DNA of 63,926 nt, filler included, from Octopus bimaculoides (lineage: Eukaryota), in assembly GCF_001194135.2 (NCBI RefSeq). It is 5 parts of 4 records of this genome, joined end to end, with 100 filler letters (N's around TTAATTAATTAA, not from the genome) between each part and the next. Parts side by side here need not be neighbours in the genome. Positions count along the whole stretch, not along the records: positions 1 to 17,273 come from NC_068996.1; 4 more parts are not named here. One strand, 5' to 3'. The first letter of the stretch is position 1. Every line of letters begins with the position of its first letter. The notes under the pieces were generated by a model. It saw only the letters and a list, made by a program, of their open reading frames with translations, searched no databases and was not told where the DNA came from. Positions 1 to 11,886 of the stretch are shown piece after piece. The position numbers and the translations under genes are program-made.

Positions 1-49
<49 letters not shown>

Positions 50-135
50 TGTGTGAGTGTGTGTGTGTGAGTGTGCATGTGTGTGTATGCGTGTATGTAT
101 ATGTTTGTGTGTGTGTGTGTGTCTGTGTGTCTGTA
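1..135. repeat. (GT)n microsatellite
   Basis: Directly visible GT dinucleotide tract with a few GA/AT interruptions. Confidence 0.97.
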
Positions 136-547
136 TACACCGATGCACATCTTTCGAAGTCTAGTTAGCTACTTGGAGATGTATTAATTCTCAATTCAGG
201 ACGTACGTAGACTTATGATAGTATGAATCTTCACTTGGAACAACTGTGCAGTTTCTCAGGAAGATCAGCAGTTATTCATGCATGCAAGTCACTCCTCTCC
301 ACGCTACTAATGTTGTCCACGGGAGGGGCATGAACTGATAGAACTTGGTAATAATAATGTGGAATGTGTTGTACAAGGCCAGCTTCAGCAAAGGTGTTAC
401 TTCTTACCATAAAATAGTGCCTCTTCTTCTATCACTCGGAAGGAACGTTTAAGATTTGATCTTAAGAAAGTAAAGAGTGGGAGAAATATCACAAAAATGT
501 TCGTGCGACTCTAAGTTCCTTCAATCCACCGACGACGGGAATGAATT

Positions 548-2972
548 AACAACAACAACAACATTAATCTTCTCTTTATTGGCTACTTGAGCCGAATACG
601 ATGCAAAGAGGGGCAGTACAAAAAATGTGTGGGGCTTAGCACAAAAATACGTATATACAATAAAAACAAGAACAGTTAACAACCAAATTGAGAAATTAGA
701 ATTCCCCCAAATTGGTGTTAAGGGTTCCACCCAGACCAGCCAAGGAACTCCGCACATTATGGTAAGCCTACCACCAAGGGCACCTCAGTAGGCACCTCTT
801 ACCTTTTCAACACATCCGCTTTACAAGCGTACCTTCAGAATAGAACCATTCACATGAGTCATCTTCGTTGCAGCCATCAACCTTTCAACAAAAATTACTG
901 GAGGACAGCATTTCCATCTCCACCCTCACTTTCCTTTTTAAGTGGAACTTGAAAACGTCGACGGGAGCTTGGCCGAAGAGGAAAGTATCTGTCTTCAGTC
1001 CTTTCAGCCCCGTCCACCACACTACCTCTGTCGTCATAGCCTCTGAACGAGAAAAACTAAAAGAAGGCGGCGGGACGAGGCTCATGATGGACTCGGCTGA
1101 TAACCGATCCGTCTTACATGCGTCAACAGCTGTTCAATAAAGCTCCACAAGAGAGCAATACTCGGACACTGGGCGAGTGCATGCAGAACGGTTTCATCGT
1201 TCTGTTCACATCTCGAACAGGTCTATCTGGCAGCACTTCCGTGTTTGCGGAAGTTGTCTCAAACCGGCAGAGTTCCCCGGTAACACTGCCAGGTCAGGTT
1301 TCTGGAAATTATCCATTAGCCCCGTCCCGAAAGTTCTCTGGAAAAGACAAGTTAGTTGATCCCTCTCGACATTACCCGGAGGACGTCGTCGCTCTTTCCC
1401 GTCACTAATTCCCTACAATATTCCAATGTGGAATTTCCACCGACCGCATTGCCTGACTGGCAGAGGTCTGCGAGTGTTTGCCGAAACCCCAGGAGTCAAG
1501 TGCTCTTTCTCGGTCTATGTTTGATCCAGAAAAGTGTCTCCGTCAATGAGAAAAGCTGCAGAAAATTCTATCTGACAAATGGCGACCACACCTGCCCAGT
1601 GTTAAGAAAACGCTGGAGATGGCACAGTCTCAGGATATGTCTTCGCACCATTAGCTACAGCATGGCCAGCTCTCCACTTAGCGGCTGCTGACAGCCGATG
1701 GATTGTTTGACGAGCAGAACATGTCCCTTCCGCAGAAAACGGAAGAGAAAGCGCTCTGACTTGATCCCGACGGTCAGGCAGTAGTAGATGACGGAAGCGA
1801 TGTATGCATTCAACACATGCGCCCGACTCATCTGGAACTGCTTTCTTTCTGCCCATTACTGGGTGGGACTGACCACCTTGCTCGTCAGCCTTTCCCAGTT
1901 TATGTCCACCTGGAGGTCCGGACTAAACCAAGCTCCTGGAATTTTAATCAGTCCATCCAATCAGCGCCTTACGATGCTGTCAGGGGACATGGACCTGTCT
2001 CTCCAGGTGTCGAGCTGCAAACCTATTGACTTTTCCTGATTAATCTTTGCACCTTTCACCGCTTCTACTCCCTTAGGGTGGTGCCAATCATCTCGATTTT
2101 CTGGATGTTTGACACCATTATGGCAATATCATCCACATCAGCCGACACAAACCTTTCTCATCCTAGTTCATGCAGTATACCCTTCGAAACATCCAACTTT
2201 CTTAGCAAGGGCTCGAGAGCCAGCCTGTGCAGAAGGGGTGAGAGTGGGCATTCTTGACGGACCGAATGCGCGATGATAAATAACTCTGATAGGTAACCGT
2301 TTACATTGACTATTGAACAGATACCGTTGTGCATTGCAGCGAACCAGCCTCTGAAAACGGGACAGAAACGGGCCACTACGACCCTATCAAAAGCTTCCGA
2401 TTGATTCAAATTGGTCGACCTTATCAAAAGCTTCTAATTGATCCGAATTGATCAGGGATGCACCCATGCCAGATTCCTCCCTACCCTCTCTTTGACGTAG
2501 TGAGTGAGCTGGAGGTCTTCGTGGTTAGATCTGTTTGGGATAGCACATGTCTGCGCGTTACTAACCAGCTTATCTACAGCAAGAGCCAACCTCTTGGCTA
2601 ACACCTTGGCCAAAATCTTGTAACCTGCGTTCAGCAGAGTTGCGAGCCTAAAATTATCTATCCTTCCGCCTCTGTTCGAGTCTTTTCTCAGCATCTCTAG
2701 ATCACAGCTCACGGCACTGGGGATTCTCTTTTTCTGCTGTCAGTTGAGGTAGACATCCGCCAAGAAGAGATCCCGGAACAGGTCTTGCATATGAGGATAA
2801 AGCTAAAAAAACAGGCCAGAGACTTCTCCCTTGTGCAATCAGTCATCGCCTCCCGTATGTCTTCGACTGTTATCGAAATTTCGTTGAACTCTACATACCA
2901 GGCCGAAAGGTGCGGCATACTGTCGAGATAGGATATGAAATCAATTCGTTGTCTCCTCCCCTTCACATACAT
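548..2972 (-). mobile_element. Tx1/L1-clade LINE, 5'-truncated and decayed ORF2 (RT + C-terminal CCHC) with 3'UTR and (GTT)n tail
   Basis: Minus-strand translations give NFRLATLLNAGYKILAKVLAKRL, SVRQECPLSPLLHRLALEPLLRKL, a degenerate VSA(YA)DD (VSADVDD, ~2125-2145) and QTCSRCEQNDETVLHALAQC (~1170-1225). Many stops and frameshifts. (AAC)n on the + strand at 548-563 is the tail. Confidence 0.9.
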
Positions 2973-3029
2973 TACTTTCTATAATGTTATTGTTACTTTT
3001 GATTCTATCAACACCTTCACCGGTCGTCT

Positions 3030-5690
3030 TACATTTGTCAGGGGAGAAAGAGAGGAATGTGGAGGATAGTCTTCATCTGTAAGAGGGCTGATGGGAAGAA
3101 ATTTCTTTTTGATTGATTATATACTGGTCGATTTTTATTTAAAACGCCAATCGAGCGTTTTTGTGAAAGCAAAATATTGCCCCTTACGGAGCAAAAACAA
3201 CCACTGAGCACCAGCCAAGAGATTCTTGGTGTTCTTAACAAATTAGAACAAAAACTTTACACAAAACAGTAACGGAAGACAACAATTATGAGATTCACGC
3301 AGCGTCTTCAAGAATACGGCCGCAGCAAATAATAACATTGATGATGATGAGGGCTTGGACAAAAAGGAAACTGTCATTAGTTCTTTCAGGCTCGACTAAC
3401 ACATAACCTTTTTCGTTATACCTCCCGATGAGAGGAAAACTACATGTTCATCCCGGTCAAAGGAAGATGGTGGGGCGATATTCATGGTGAAGTCAGCCGA
3501 TAACCAAATCCGTCAAACATGTTATAATAGCTTTTCAACATAACTCCTCAAGTTAGCAATGTTCAAGCACTGTACGAGTGCCAATAGGATGGTTTCATTA
3601 CTCTGCGTGCATGTCGGGAAGGCAACGCTGATGGCACTACCGTGCCTTCAGAGTTTATTCTGAGCCGGCAATACCTCGAATAGAACTACTACTGGTTAAA
3701 AGGTTTCTGGAAATAATCAACGGGCCTCGAGCCGAAAGTATTCCGGAGAAGAGTAGTCAGTTGATTTCCATCGAAACTAAGAGTTTTCTTGAGAACATCG
3801 TTACTCTTATCCACCATTAATCCTCTAAAGAATGCCATGGTGGAACATCTAGTGAATCGCATTGTTCGACTGGCAGTGGGCTATGAAAGCCTGACACTAA
3901 TTAGGTGCTAACACAGACATCGGTCTGTGTTAGATCCAAGTCTATGTGAAAGTGACGAACTTGCGGGGAAGCGATTCTGACAAACAGCGATCACACGAGT
4001 TCGTCGTTAAAGAAACGCTGGAGATGACGTTGTCTCAGCGCATGATCCAGACTGCAAGTCTATTAAATTGATGTGGAAAAGTGCAACTGACACAACGACT
4101 GCAAATGCTCACGTCATCACCTAGAGATGTCACAGCCTCAGTGCATATCGGCAGGTCATCAGCCATGGCATATCTTGTCCTCTAAACAGCGGACATTGAA
4201 AGCAAATTTAGCGCCTGACCAGTGGGACCCGTCCCCTTTACCAAAAGCGGAAGAGCTGGTGTTCTACTTCAGTGAGACGTGAACTGAGGTAAGACATGAT
4301 GCTTAGGTGATGCTATATGATGGAGGCAATGTAAGCGTTCGCCTCTTCTACCGACCTTTCAAAGAAAACTTTTTTTCATTTCTTGACGAGATTAGCCACT
4401 CTGTTCATAACTTCATTCCAGTCCATCCCCAGTTGAAGATCTGGACAAAACCAGACATCACAAATTAAGCAGGTCCGTCCGAGCAGGTCCTCATGATGCC
4501 GTGCCAGAGAAAGGGCCTGTCTCCCTACTGATTGATTATTACCCCTGTCAGCAATGATTGATTATTGACCCTGTGATCTGTATAGCCGACGAATTTAAAC
4601 TGAAGATAACTTGTGCTGTCTTTCTTTACAATTCTACGGAATACTCTATCTTGATACTATCTGGATAACCCGATGCTGTTGGTCCATGTTCATATTTGCA
4701 TTTGCGAGAGTTCTGCACATACTCTCCTTTCAGATAGCACAATCCATATGTGTATCTGAGATGGTGTTTCAATCGCTCTTTAACTCCCACGAACAGGACA
4801 TTTTGAGGTAAATCTCCAGGCGCTTCAAGAATTACGGTTGCTCGTCCCTGTCAGAGTGTAAATAGTTACTAGTCATAAATAACTACCTTCGCCACTGCAC
4901 ACGATTAGGACCATCAACTTGACAGCTGAATCTGTATCGTGAGGTCTAGACCTTTAAAAAAACAAAACAAAACAAAAAACAACAACACAACTGCTCCCAG
5001 TCAACTTGTGTACAATTTGTAGCCACCGAAAATGGACAGGAAGCTCATGGCTTGTTGATTTTAGCCTCAAGGTTGTCTCTCCCCATCTACGTCTAGTGCT
5101 CTGAGGTCATTGAGTAAAAAGCCTTTCTTCCATAGTGGCCATGCGCATTTGCACCGCTTATTCTAAGTAAGGCCATTAGACGAAAGGAGGAAGCCCATTT
5201 AGCTTCACCCTGTAGTGAGATCGGTACTTTTGTCTGTGATAATGATTTCATTTTATCGTTCGTGTTTTGTGTGTTCTGACTTGTTTTATGAATTAATTTG
5301 TTCGTGGCTGTGCTTGCGATGGAGGTACCTGTGATAATGGTGGTAGTCAGAGGGGTGATGTTGATAGTACAGGTGTAGCTGCTGTTGCAGGTGTGCTCTT
5401 GGTATTTCGTTGCATATCTGTCAATTATTATGGTTTTGTTGTTGTTGATGCTGTTGCTACAAATATCGTCGCTACTATTTTCGATTATGATTACGTCAGA
5501 AATATTTTTTGGTGGAAGAGAACTTCCGAAGTCTATTTCACCTTCAAAACCCCACCTCACTTTTCTCTCTTGTTAACTGAACGACGACGAAGACGCCATT
5601 TCGAAAATTTTTTTCTCTGATTCGGAAAATTACAACGAAGACAAGGCAGAAACTAACGGAGCTTTCAAAATACGTTCATTTTGACGATGA
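3030..5690 (-). mobile_element. Second, more diverged Tx1-like LINE with internal deletions (EN and C-terminus present, RT core missing)
   Basis: 3300-4560 aligns by eye with 1000-2050 (e.g. gttaaagaaacgctggagatg vs gttaagaaaacgctggagatg; PTCTQSNETILLALVQC). 4600-5176 encodes a decayed APE domain (MALLRISGANAHG..WKKGFLLNDL, KGLDL, WTWTNSIGLSR) matching ORF 16668. A putative ORF1 start lies at 5599 (inference). Confidence 0.8.
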
Positions 5691-5721
5691 ACGGTAGCAG
5701 TAACTACTACTACTACTACTA

Positions 5722-5925
5722 CTATTTTCTACTATAGGTACAAGGCCTAAAAGAAGGTTAGTAGAATACATCGGCCCCAGTATTTTGCTGGTACATTTTT
5801 TATCGACACTTAGAGGAAGAAAGGCAACGTCGTCCTCGGCGGAGTTTGAACTCAGAACGTGTAGACAGACGAAATGCGCCTAAGCATTTCGCCCGGCGCG
5901 CTAACGATTCTGCCAGCTTGCCGCC

Positions 5926-5927
<2 letters not shown>
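5722..5927 (-). mobile_element. tRNA-derived SINE, family A
   Basis: Reverse complement has an A-box-like TGGCAGAATCGTTAG, a B-box-like GAGTTCAAAC and the body GCCTTTC(A/T)TCC...GTCGATAAA...GTACCAG, repeated many times in this window. Confidence 0.88.
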
Positions 5928-6020
<93 letters not shown>

Positions 6021-6191
6021 NNNNNNNNNNNNNNNNNNNNNNNNNNNNNNNNNNNNNNNNNNNNNNNNNNNNNNNNNNNNNNNNNNNNNNNNNNNNNNNN
6101 NNNNNNNNNNNNNNNNNNNNNNNNNNNNNNNNNNNNNNNNNNNNNNNNNNNNNNNNNNNNNNNNNNNNNNNNNNNNNNNNNNNNNNNNNNN

Positions 6192-6260
<69 letters not shown>
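5928..6260. repeat. (AAT)n microsatellite spanning an N gap (6021-6191)
   Basis: Directly visible. Confidence 0.97.
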
Positions 6261-6413
6261 TGAATATGAAGAAAAAAAATGCTTTCTAATTGATGTATCA
6301 ATACCAGCAGATGACAACGTTTCCCTAAAAGAAATGGAGAAACTTTCAAAATACAAAGACCTGGAAATAGAGATAACTCGAATGTGGAATCTAAAAACAG
6401 AAACAATTCCTAC
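6261..6413 (+). mobile_element. R4/Dong-type LINE, fragment of the restriction-like endonuclease (RLE) domain
   Basis: Translates to KKCFLIDVSIPADDNVSLKEMEKLSKYKDLEIEITRMWNLKTETIP, the LID..K..KY part of the RLE. Flanked by (AAT)n on both sides. Confidence 0.85.
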
Positions 6414-6418
6414 CGAAC

Positions 6419-6453
<35 letters not shown>

Positions 6454-6484
6454 CAACAACAACAACAACAGCAGCAGCAGCAGC

Positions 6485-6526
<42 letters not shown>

Positions 6527-6590
6527 AATAACAATAATAACACTAATAATGATAATGATGATGATGATGATGATAATAATAATGATCATG
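6414..6590. repeat. Compound trinucleotide tract (AAT)(CAA)(CAG)(CAA)(GAT)
   Basis: Directly visible. Confidence 0.95.
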
Positions 6591-6591
6591 T

Positions 6592-8490
6592 TTTTGACCA
6601 CCATTTGCAAATTATTTGCATGCATCCATCCTCACCGAAAGCGTGCATCAATTTCTCAATGAAAATAACTTATAACTTCTTTCACCTTGAACAAGAAGGT
6701 GCAAAAGAAAGTCATGTGGTTGCAAAGAGAACATCAAAATAAATCGTGGAATATTCCAGAGAGATTCACCCTCCCCTTCTCTTCTGTTTTCCCCTCATTC
6801 CCTTGTCACCCGAGTTGTATAGAACAAACTACTGTTAAAAAATGTTTTAAAATATCATATCCCACTTTCTTAACATGGATGGCCTGAAGTTATATGCAGA
6901 AGATGACAAGGATCTGAAAGGGCTACTAGTAACTGTGAAAAACTTCAGTGATAACATCAATATGGAATCTGGCCTTGACAAATGAGCAAAAGCTTCGTTC
7001 AAACGTGGTAAACTGAGAGCTAAGACCACGACCCAACTTCATCATGAAACACCTGCCAAGGACCCGGATCAAAAACGCTTCCAAAAATATCTTGGGATTC
7101 ACGAATGGGATTCAACACGGATTAATGTAAGAGATCAAGAAAGAATATTATCAGAATGGCCCTGAATACTGAGCTGAACTCGCAGAACAGAATTGTAGCT
7201 ATAGACTTCCTGGCGGTACCAATTGATAAGTATAGCCTTAATGTCATCAATTGGAATCTGAGTGATCTCCAGCGTATGGGCATGAAGACCAAAAACACTG
7301 TTGATACTAAACAGGATGCACCACCCAAAATCAGACGTCCACAGGCTCTATCTTCCACAAAAGGAAGGCGGCAGAGGCGTAAACCAACTCGAAACGTCGT
7401 ATAAAATGAAATGACCACGATAGGACTTTAAGTGTACATTCAAAATTACAGCGACTGAATAATACAGTTGACAGGGCAACATGAATAGAGTAAGAAACTG
7501 CACTCAGTCTCAAGAGAGGCATATAAATACAGAAAAGCTTAACCTCCCTGACTGTCATTATGATAAGGCAGACACACCACCCACAAAGGCAGCAAGAAGT
7601 GCAAAACAAAAGTGAAGCAGGAAAGTTTGAAGGAAATATCAAGATTGTGGCATGAAAACCCATTGCATTTGCAATGCTCCAAAAGAGTTCGGTGAAGCTG
7701 ATGTGGATATAAGAAACAATCAGTGGCTGCAGAGTGTTGGTTTGAAAGTCGAAACAGAAGGATTTATCCTAGCCGCACAAGATCAGAGTCTCCTCACCCC
7801 GAACTATTATATCAAGCTAATGTCACACAATGAGGTAGACACAAAGTGTAGGCTCTGCGGTGACAAACTTGAGAGTATTGATCACTTTGTTGTCGATTGC
7901 TCAGTCTTTGCCCCTATATAATATAAAACCATGCATGATCGAGTTGGCCAATACTTGCACTAAAGAATATGCCATCATTATGGTATCCTGCACTTTAAGA
8001 ACTGGTATGAACACCATTCAGGGCCAGTCACTGAGGGAGAGAATGTTGCCATTCTATGGGATTATGGAATACATACAAGTAAATAAATGTTAAAAGATCA
8101 GACATCGTCACCAAAGACCTAAAGCAAAAACATGCCTGTTAATTGATTTGACAAAGCCTACTAATAGAAACATCGCAGCAAAGGAATTTGAAAAACTGCC
8201 GAAACATAAGGACTTTGGGATTGAGATATCTAGGACATGGTAGTTAAAAGCGAAAGCTATCCCAGTTGATGTAGGTACCATGGAAATGATCAAGAAAAGT
8301 ACTGACAAATTTTTTGATCAGAACCCAAGGAAGCCAACAATCTATGAGACGCAAAAAGTTGTTTTGTCATCAACCGTCCACGTTCTCAAGAAGGTTTTTT
8401 TTTTTCCATCTCATATATACGTGCCTTAGGTCTCTGGTTGAGATCTGGTCGGAAGATGAAATAAAATGCAATTCAATTGGAAAATAACAA
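6592..8490 (+). mobile_element. R4/Dong-type RLE LINE, decayed (RT, CCHC knuckle, RLE, 3'UTR, (CAA)n tail)
   Basis: GIFQRDSPSP, ISHFLNMDGLKLYA (YMDD degraded), MESGLDK*AK, HHPKSDVHRLYLPQKEGGRG, ETEGFILAAQDQ, KCRLCGDKLESIDHFVVDC, ILWDY...RSDIV...CLLID. Confidence 0.9.
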
Positions 8491-8511
8491 CAACAACAAC
8501 GACAACAACTT

Positions 8512-8636
8512 TTGCTGTTAATTGCTCTTGTTTTTATTGTATTTACGTATTTTTGTGCTAAGCCCCATTCGTCCCTTGTTTTGTATTCGGCCCTAGTGGC
8601 CAATAAAGAAAAGGCTATTGTTATTAATGTTGTTGC
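8512..8636 (+). mobile_element. Isolated 3' end of the same Tx1 family as 548-2972
   Basis: cttgtttttattgtatttacgtatttttgtgctaagcccca...gtattcggc..tagtggccaataaaga matches the reverse complement of ~565-680 and ends in the same attaatgttgttg tail. Confidence 0.85.
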
Positions 8637-8649
8637 TGTAGTCATACCA

Positions 8650-9865
8650 CTCATAAACTACAGCTTCAACATGGTGGAAGATCAGGGAATTTAAAAACTG
8701 ACAAAGAAAAACAGGAAAATTATTAACAATATTCCAATGTCATCACCCCAAAGCAGACGCATACAGAATATATCTACCCGATCAGAAGGAGGCCATGGCC
8801 TGATCACACATAGAGAACTACTAAAAGACATAACGACGGTTGGTCAAGAAAAGTACTTAAAAACAAAAAGTGAACGACTTCTACACGTGATAAAGCAACA
8901 CGAGAAAAAGAAAACACATTTCTCTGTACACACAAGGAGGCGACAAAATACGAAACAGAAGCAAACTACACTGATAAACTGATCTCAGATGACAACATAG
9001 CAGAAATGGTCAAAGACATACACACACGCACACACANNNNNNNNNNNNNNNNNNNNNNNNNNNNNNNNNNNNNNNNNNNNNNNNNNNNNNNNNNNNNNNN
9101 NNNNNNNNNNNNNNNNNNNACACACACACACACACAAAAGGTAAATGACAACAACCAGGCCACAATCGTCTGGGATATGCCGGTTCAAACTAACAAAGAA
9201 ATAAAATCTAATCCTCCAGATATAGTAATCAAGGACTGGGGGCGGGGAATACCTGATTACTGATAGACATTGCATTACCTTCCGACCAAAGTAGTGCCCA
9301 GAAAGAAATGGAGAAATTGTCAAAGTACAAAGCCCTCAAACTGACGTATTCAAGATGTTGCGCATAAAGGTGAAAACAATGTCAATAGTAATTGGAGCAT
9401 TAGGCATGATAAAAAAAAAAATCATATGAAGAAAAACGTAGACGCTATACCTGAACCCTCAAAACTACACATAATACAGAAAATAGCCCTGCTAGGAACA
9501 GCCCACATCTTACGCACGACGCTATCAATTCAATAATACAACCTAAACAAAACAATCCACAAACACGTGACACACTCTATATAGCAAATATCCAACGAAA
9601 CAAACAACCACCAGCAAGCTGAATACCCGATGTATTAAACACAAAACACGCAGTACAAATACTAACGAGACATTGCACCAGACACCATAACAAGAGAAAC
9701 TGACGCAATGCAATACCGGGAAGAGATTGCACTCCCCCCCCCCAAAAAAAAAAAAACACACACACATACAATGCTGCACACACTCCAGATGTTGCTCGTG
9801 ATGCTGTAGAAATTTGCCTGAAACTAGCAGATATTGAACAACAAAAACAACAACAACAACAATAA
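8650..9865 (+). mobile_element. Third R4/Dong-type LINE piece (post-RT region, RLE, 3'UTR), interrupted by (CA)n and a gap
   Basis: CHHPKADAYRIYLP..EGGHGLI, TIVWDMPVQTNKEIKSNPPDIVIKD, KEMEKLSKYK, IVIGALGMI, IQKIALLGTAHILR...SIQ*. Ends in (CAA)n(TAA)n. Confidence 0.85.
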
Positions 9866-9871
9866 TAATAA

Positions 9872-10545
9872 ATGCCCTGATGCAGTACTAATAGTGGCTC
9901 TTATGGCTTCTGATCTTAACTGATTATCATGTACATTGTTTTGTCTTGGTATAAAGATATGGGCTACAGCAAATATTTTGCTCAATACCACAGATTTGCT
10001 TGTCAGTTGTTTGACCTTAACCAGTTGAGCATGTCCCTTGGTGGCTGATGATATGTACATCTCTGATCACGAGCAGAAGTAGTGGGGGAGCATCATAGCC
10101 GTCTGTTGAGAGGAATTCTTTGGGCTTTGAATAATTCACCTTTGGAAACATGGGCGTTTTGCTCAACANNNNNNNNNNGATGATATGTACATCTCTGATC
10201 ACGAGCAGAAGTAGTGGGGGAGCATCATAGCCGTCTGTTGAGAGGAATTCTTTGGGCTTTGAATAATTCACCTTTGGAAACATGGGCGTTTTGCTCAACA
10301 TCCTTAAACAATCCTTATTCAAGGACCTTTTGAGTGGGAAAGGCTACTTGACTTGAAGAAAAAATTCTAACTGGGCTCCACCTGCAAGACCATGCGCTGT
10401 TTATCTTGACATGATATCACTATGTCGCGCACATATAATTATGATGCATGTGCCTGGTGTACCCTTATCAGACGGGTAGTCATGATGGGTATACTGGCCT
10501 TCGTGTATTTTACTCTAGTGTCACTTTGATGGCATGCACTGATAA
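9872..10545 (-). mobile_element. Unclassified ~670-bp non-coding interspersed-repeat-like segment (possible LINE 3'UTR or non-autonomous element)
   Basis: Complex sequence bounded by simple-repeat tails, with a (TTA/TTG)n tail on the - strand. No ORF homology seen. Only one copy in the window, so repeat status is inferred. Confidence 0.4.
10047..10300. other. 122-bp exact duplication on either side of a 10-N gap (contig-overlap artefact)
   Basis: 10047-10168 is identical to 10179-10300, with Ns at 10169-10178. Confidence 0.9.
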
Positions 10546-10589
10546 TGATGATGATGATGATGATGATGATGATGTTGATGATGGATTAT

Positions 10590-10745
10590 TAAATATTTCT
10601 AGTATAGGCACAGTACACACAATTTTGAGGGATGGACTAATCGATGACATCGGCTCCAGGGCTCAACCAAAACTTATTTTATCGACTCCAAAAGGATGAA
10701 AGCAAAGTGAATCTCGGCAGAATTTAAATTCAGAACGTAAAGACG
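10590..10745 (-). mobile_element. SINE family A, degenerate
   Basis: atcgactccaaaaggatgaaagcaaagt...gaatttaaattcagaacg. Confidence 0.75.
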
Positions 10746-10811
10746 AAGCCTTAAATATAAGTATGTATCTGTTTATAAATATAGATGCGTATGAATGTGC
10801 ATATATCAATA

Positions 10812-11126
10812 TAGGTCAAGGCCTGTGGTTTAGTACTTCGCGTACTCAATTCACGATCCTCACATCGTGAGTTCGGATTATGGCGGCGCATTGAGTCTTT
10901 CAGCAAGACACTCTATTTCACGTTGCTCCAATCCAAGAAAATTGAGTTGTGCCTGTAATTCAAAGGGCTAGCCTCGTCACGTTCTGTGTCATGCTGAATC
11001 TCCCTGAGAATTACGTTAGGGTAACGTGTGCCTGTGGAGTGCTCAGCCTCTTGCACGTTAATTTCTTGAGCAGGCTCCATTGATCGGATCACCAGGAACA
11101 CTCGTCGTCGTAAGCGACGGAGTGCT
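10812..11126 (+). mobile_element. tRNA-derived SINE family B (head + middle M1 + tail T1)
   Basis: Tail ttcaaagggctagcc...gcacgttaatttc...gtcgtaagcgacggagtgc is shared with 21416-21795 and 42312-42597. Middle cagcaagacactctatttcacgttgctcca is shared with 54505-54770. Confidence 0.8.
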
Positions 11127-11149
11127 AATATCTATAGCTACAGATCTAA

Positions 11150-11208
11150 CCACCTATCGATCTATTTTTCAAAGTATCTATCTATCTATCAATCTATCTA
11201 TCTATCTA

Positions 11209-11265
<57 letters not shown>
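11150..11265. repeat. (ATCT)n(GTCT)n tetranucleotide tract
   Basis: Directly visible. Confidence 0.95.
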
Positions 11266-11266
<1 letters not shown>

Positions 11267-11699
11267 AATGTATCTTTCCACATATACATGCATACACACA
11301 CTCGCACACAGGCAAACACAGACGAATACACACATCTATGCATACGTGAATACATACATTTATATTTTTAACACTTCCTTGTCTCTCAGTTGTACAAGAG
11401 TACATGTGTGTGCTTGTTCTTGCGCGTATAATATGTATGTAAATGTGTGTATAATAAATGGAAAAAAATGCATTCTAAATGAACAACGACAGATAAACAA
11501 CGTATGCATATACTGTAGAACCGGACGAGGGACAGACATAGAGGGTCCCTAATTCTTCATCAGTTATCAACCAGATGGCATTACTCGGTTTCGCATCATT
11601 AATGATAAAAGTGAGAACTTCCCATGTTGGTGGTGCCTGCGGAAGCTGCAGAGAATGTAGAGCCTCGATAGCATTTTATGAATACATACTGACGTTGTA

Positions 11700-11823
11700 A
11701 GAAGCTTTCCAACTACAGGTCAATCCCACTGTGTGGAATCTTTGGCAAGTGTCTTCTACTATAGCCCAAAGCCGACCAAAGCCTTCTGAGTGGATTTGGT
11801 AGACGGAAATTTAAAGAAGCCCG

Positions 11824-11886
<63 letters not shown>

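Noticed and set aside
5722-5927. tRNA genes
   Set aside because: The A/B-box heads continue into SINE bodies and do not close a cloverleaf with an acceptor stem.
10047-10300. Perfect 122-bp direct repeat
   Set aside because: It flanks a 10-N gap exactly, the typical unmerged contig overlap, so it is not biological.
11520-11700. Short complex island with a minus-strand tctctgcAG acceptor
   Set aside because: No convincing donor and frame combination, and no recognisable product.
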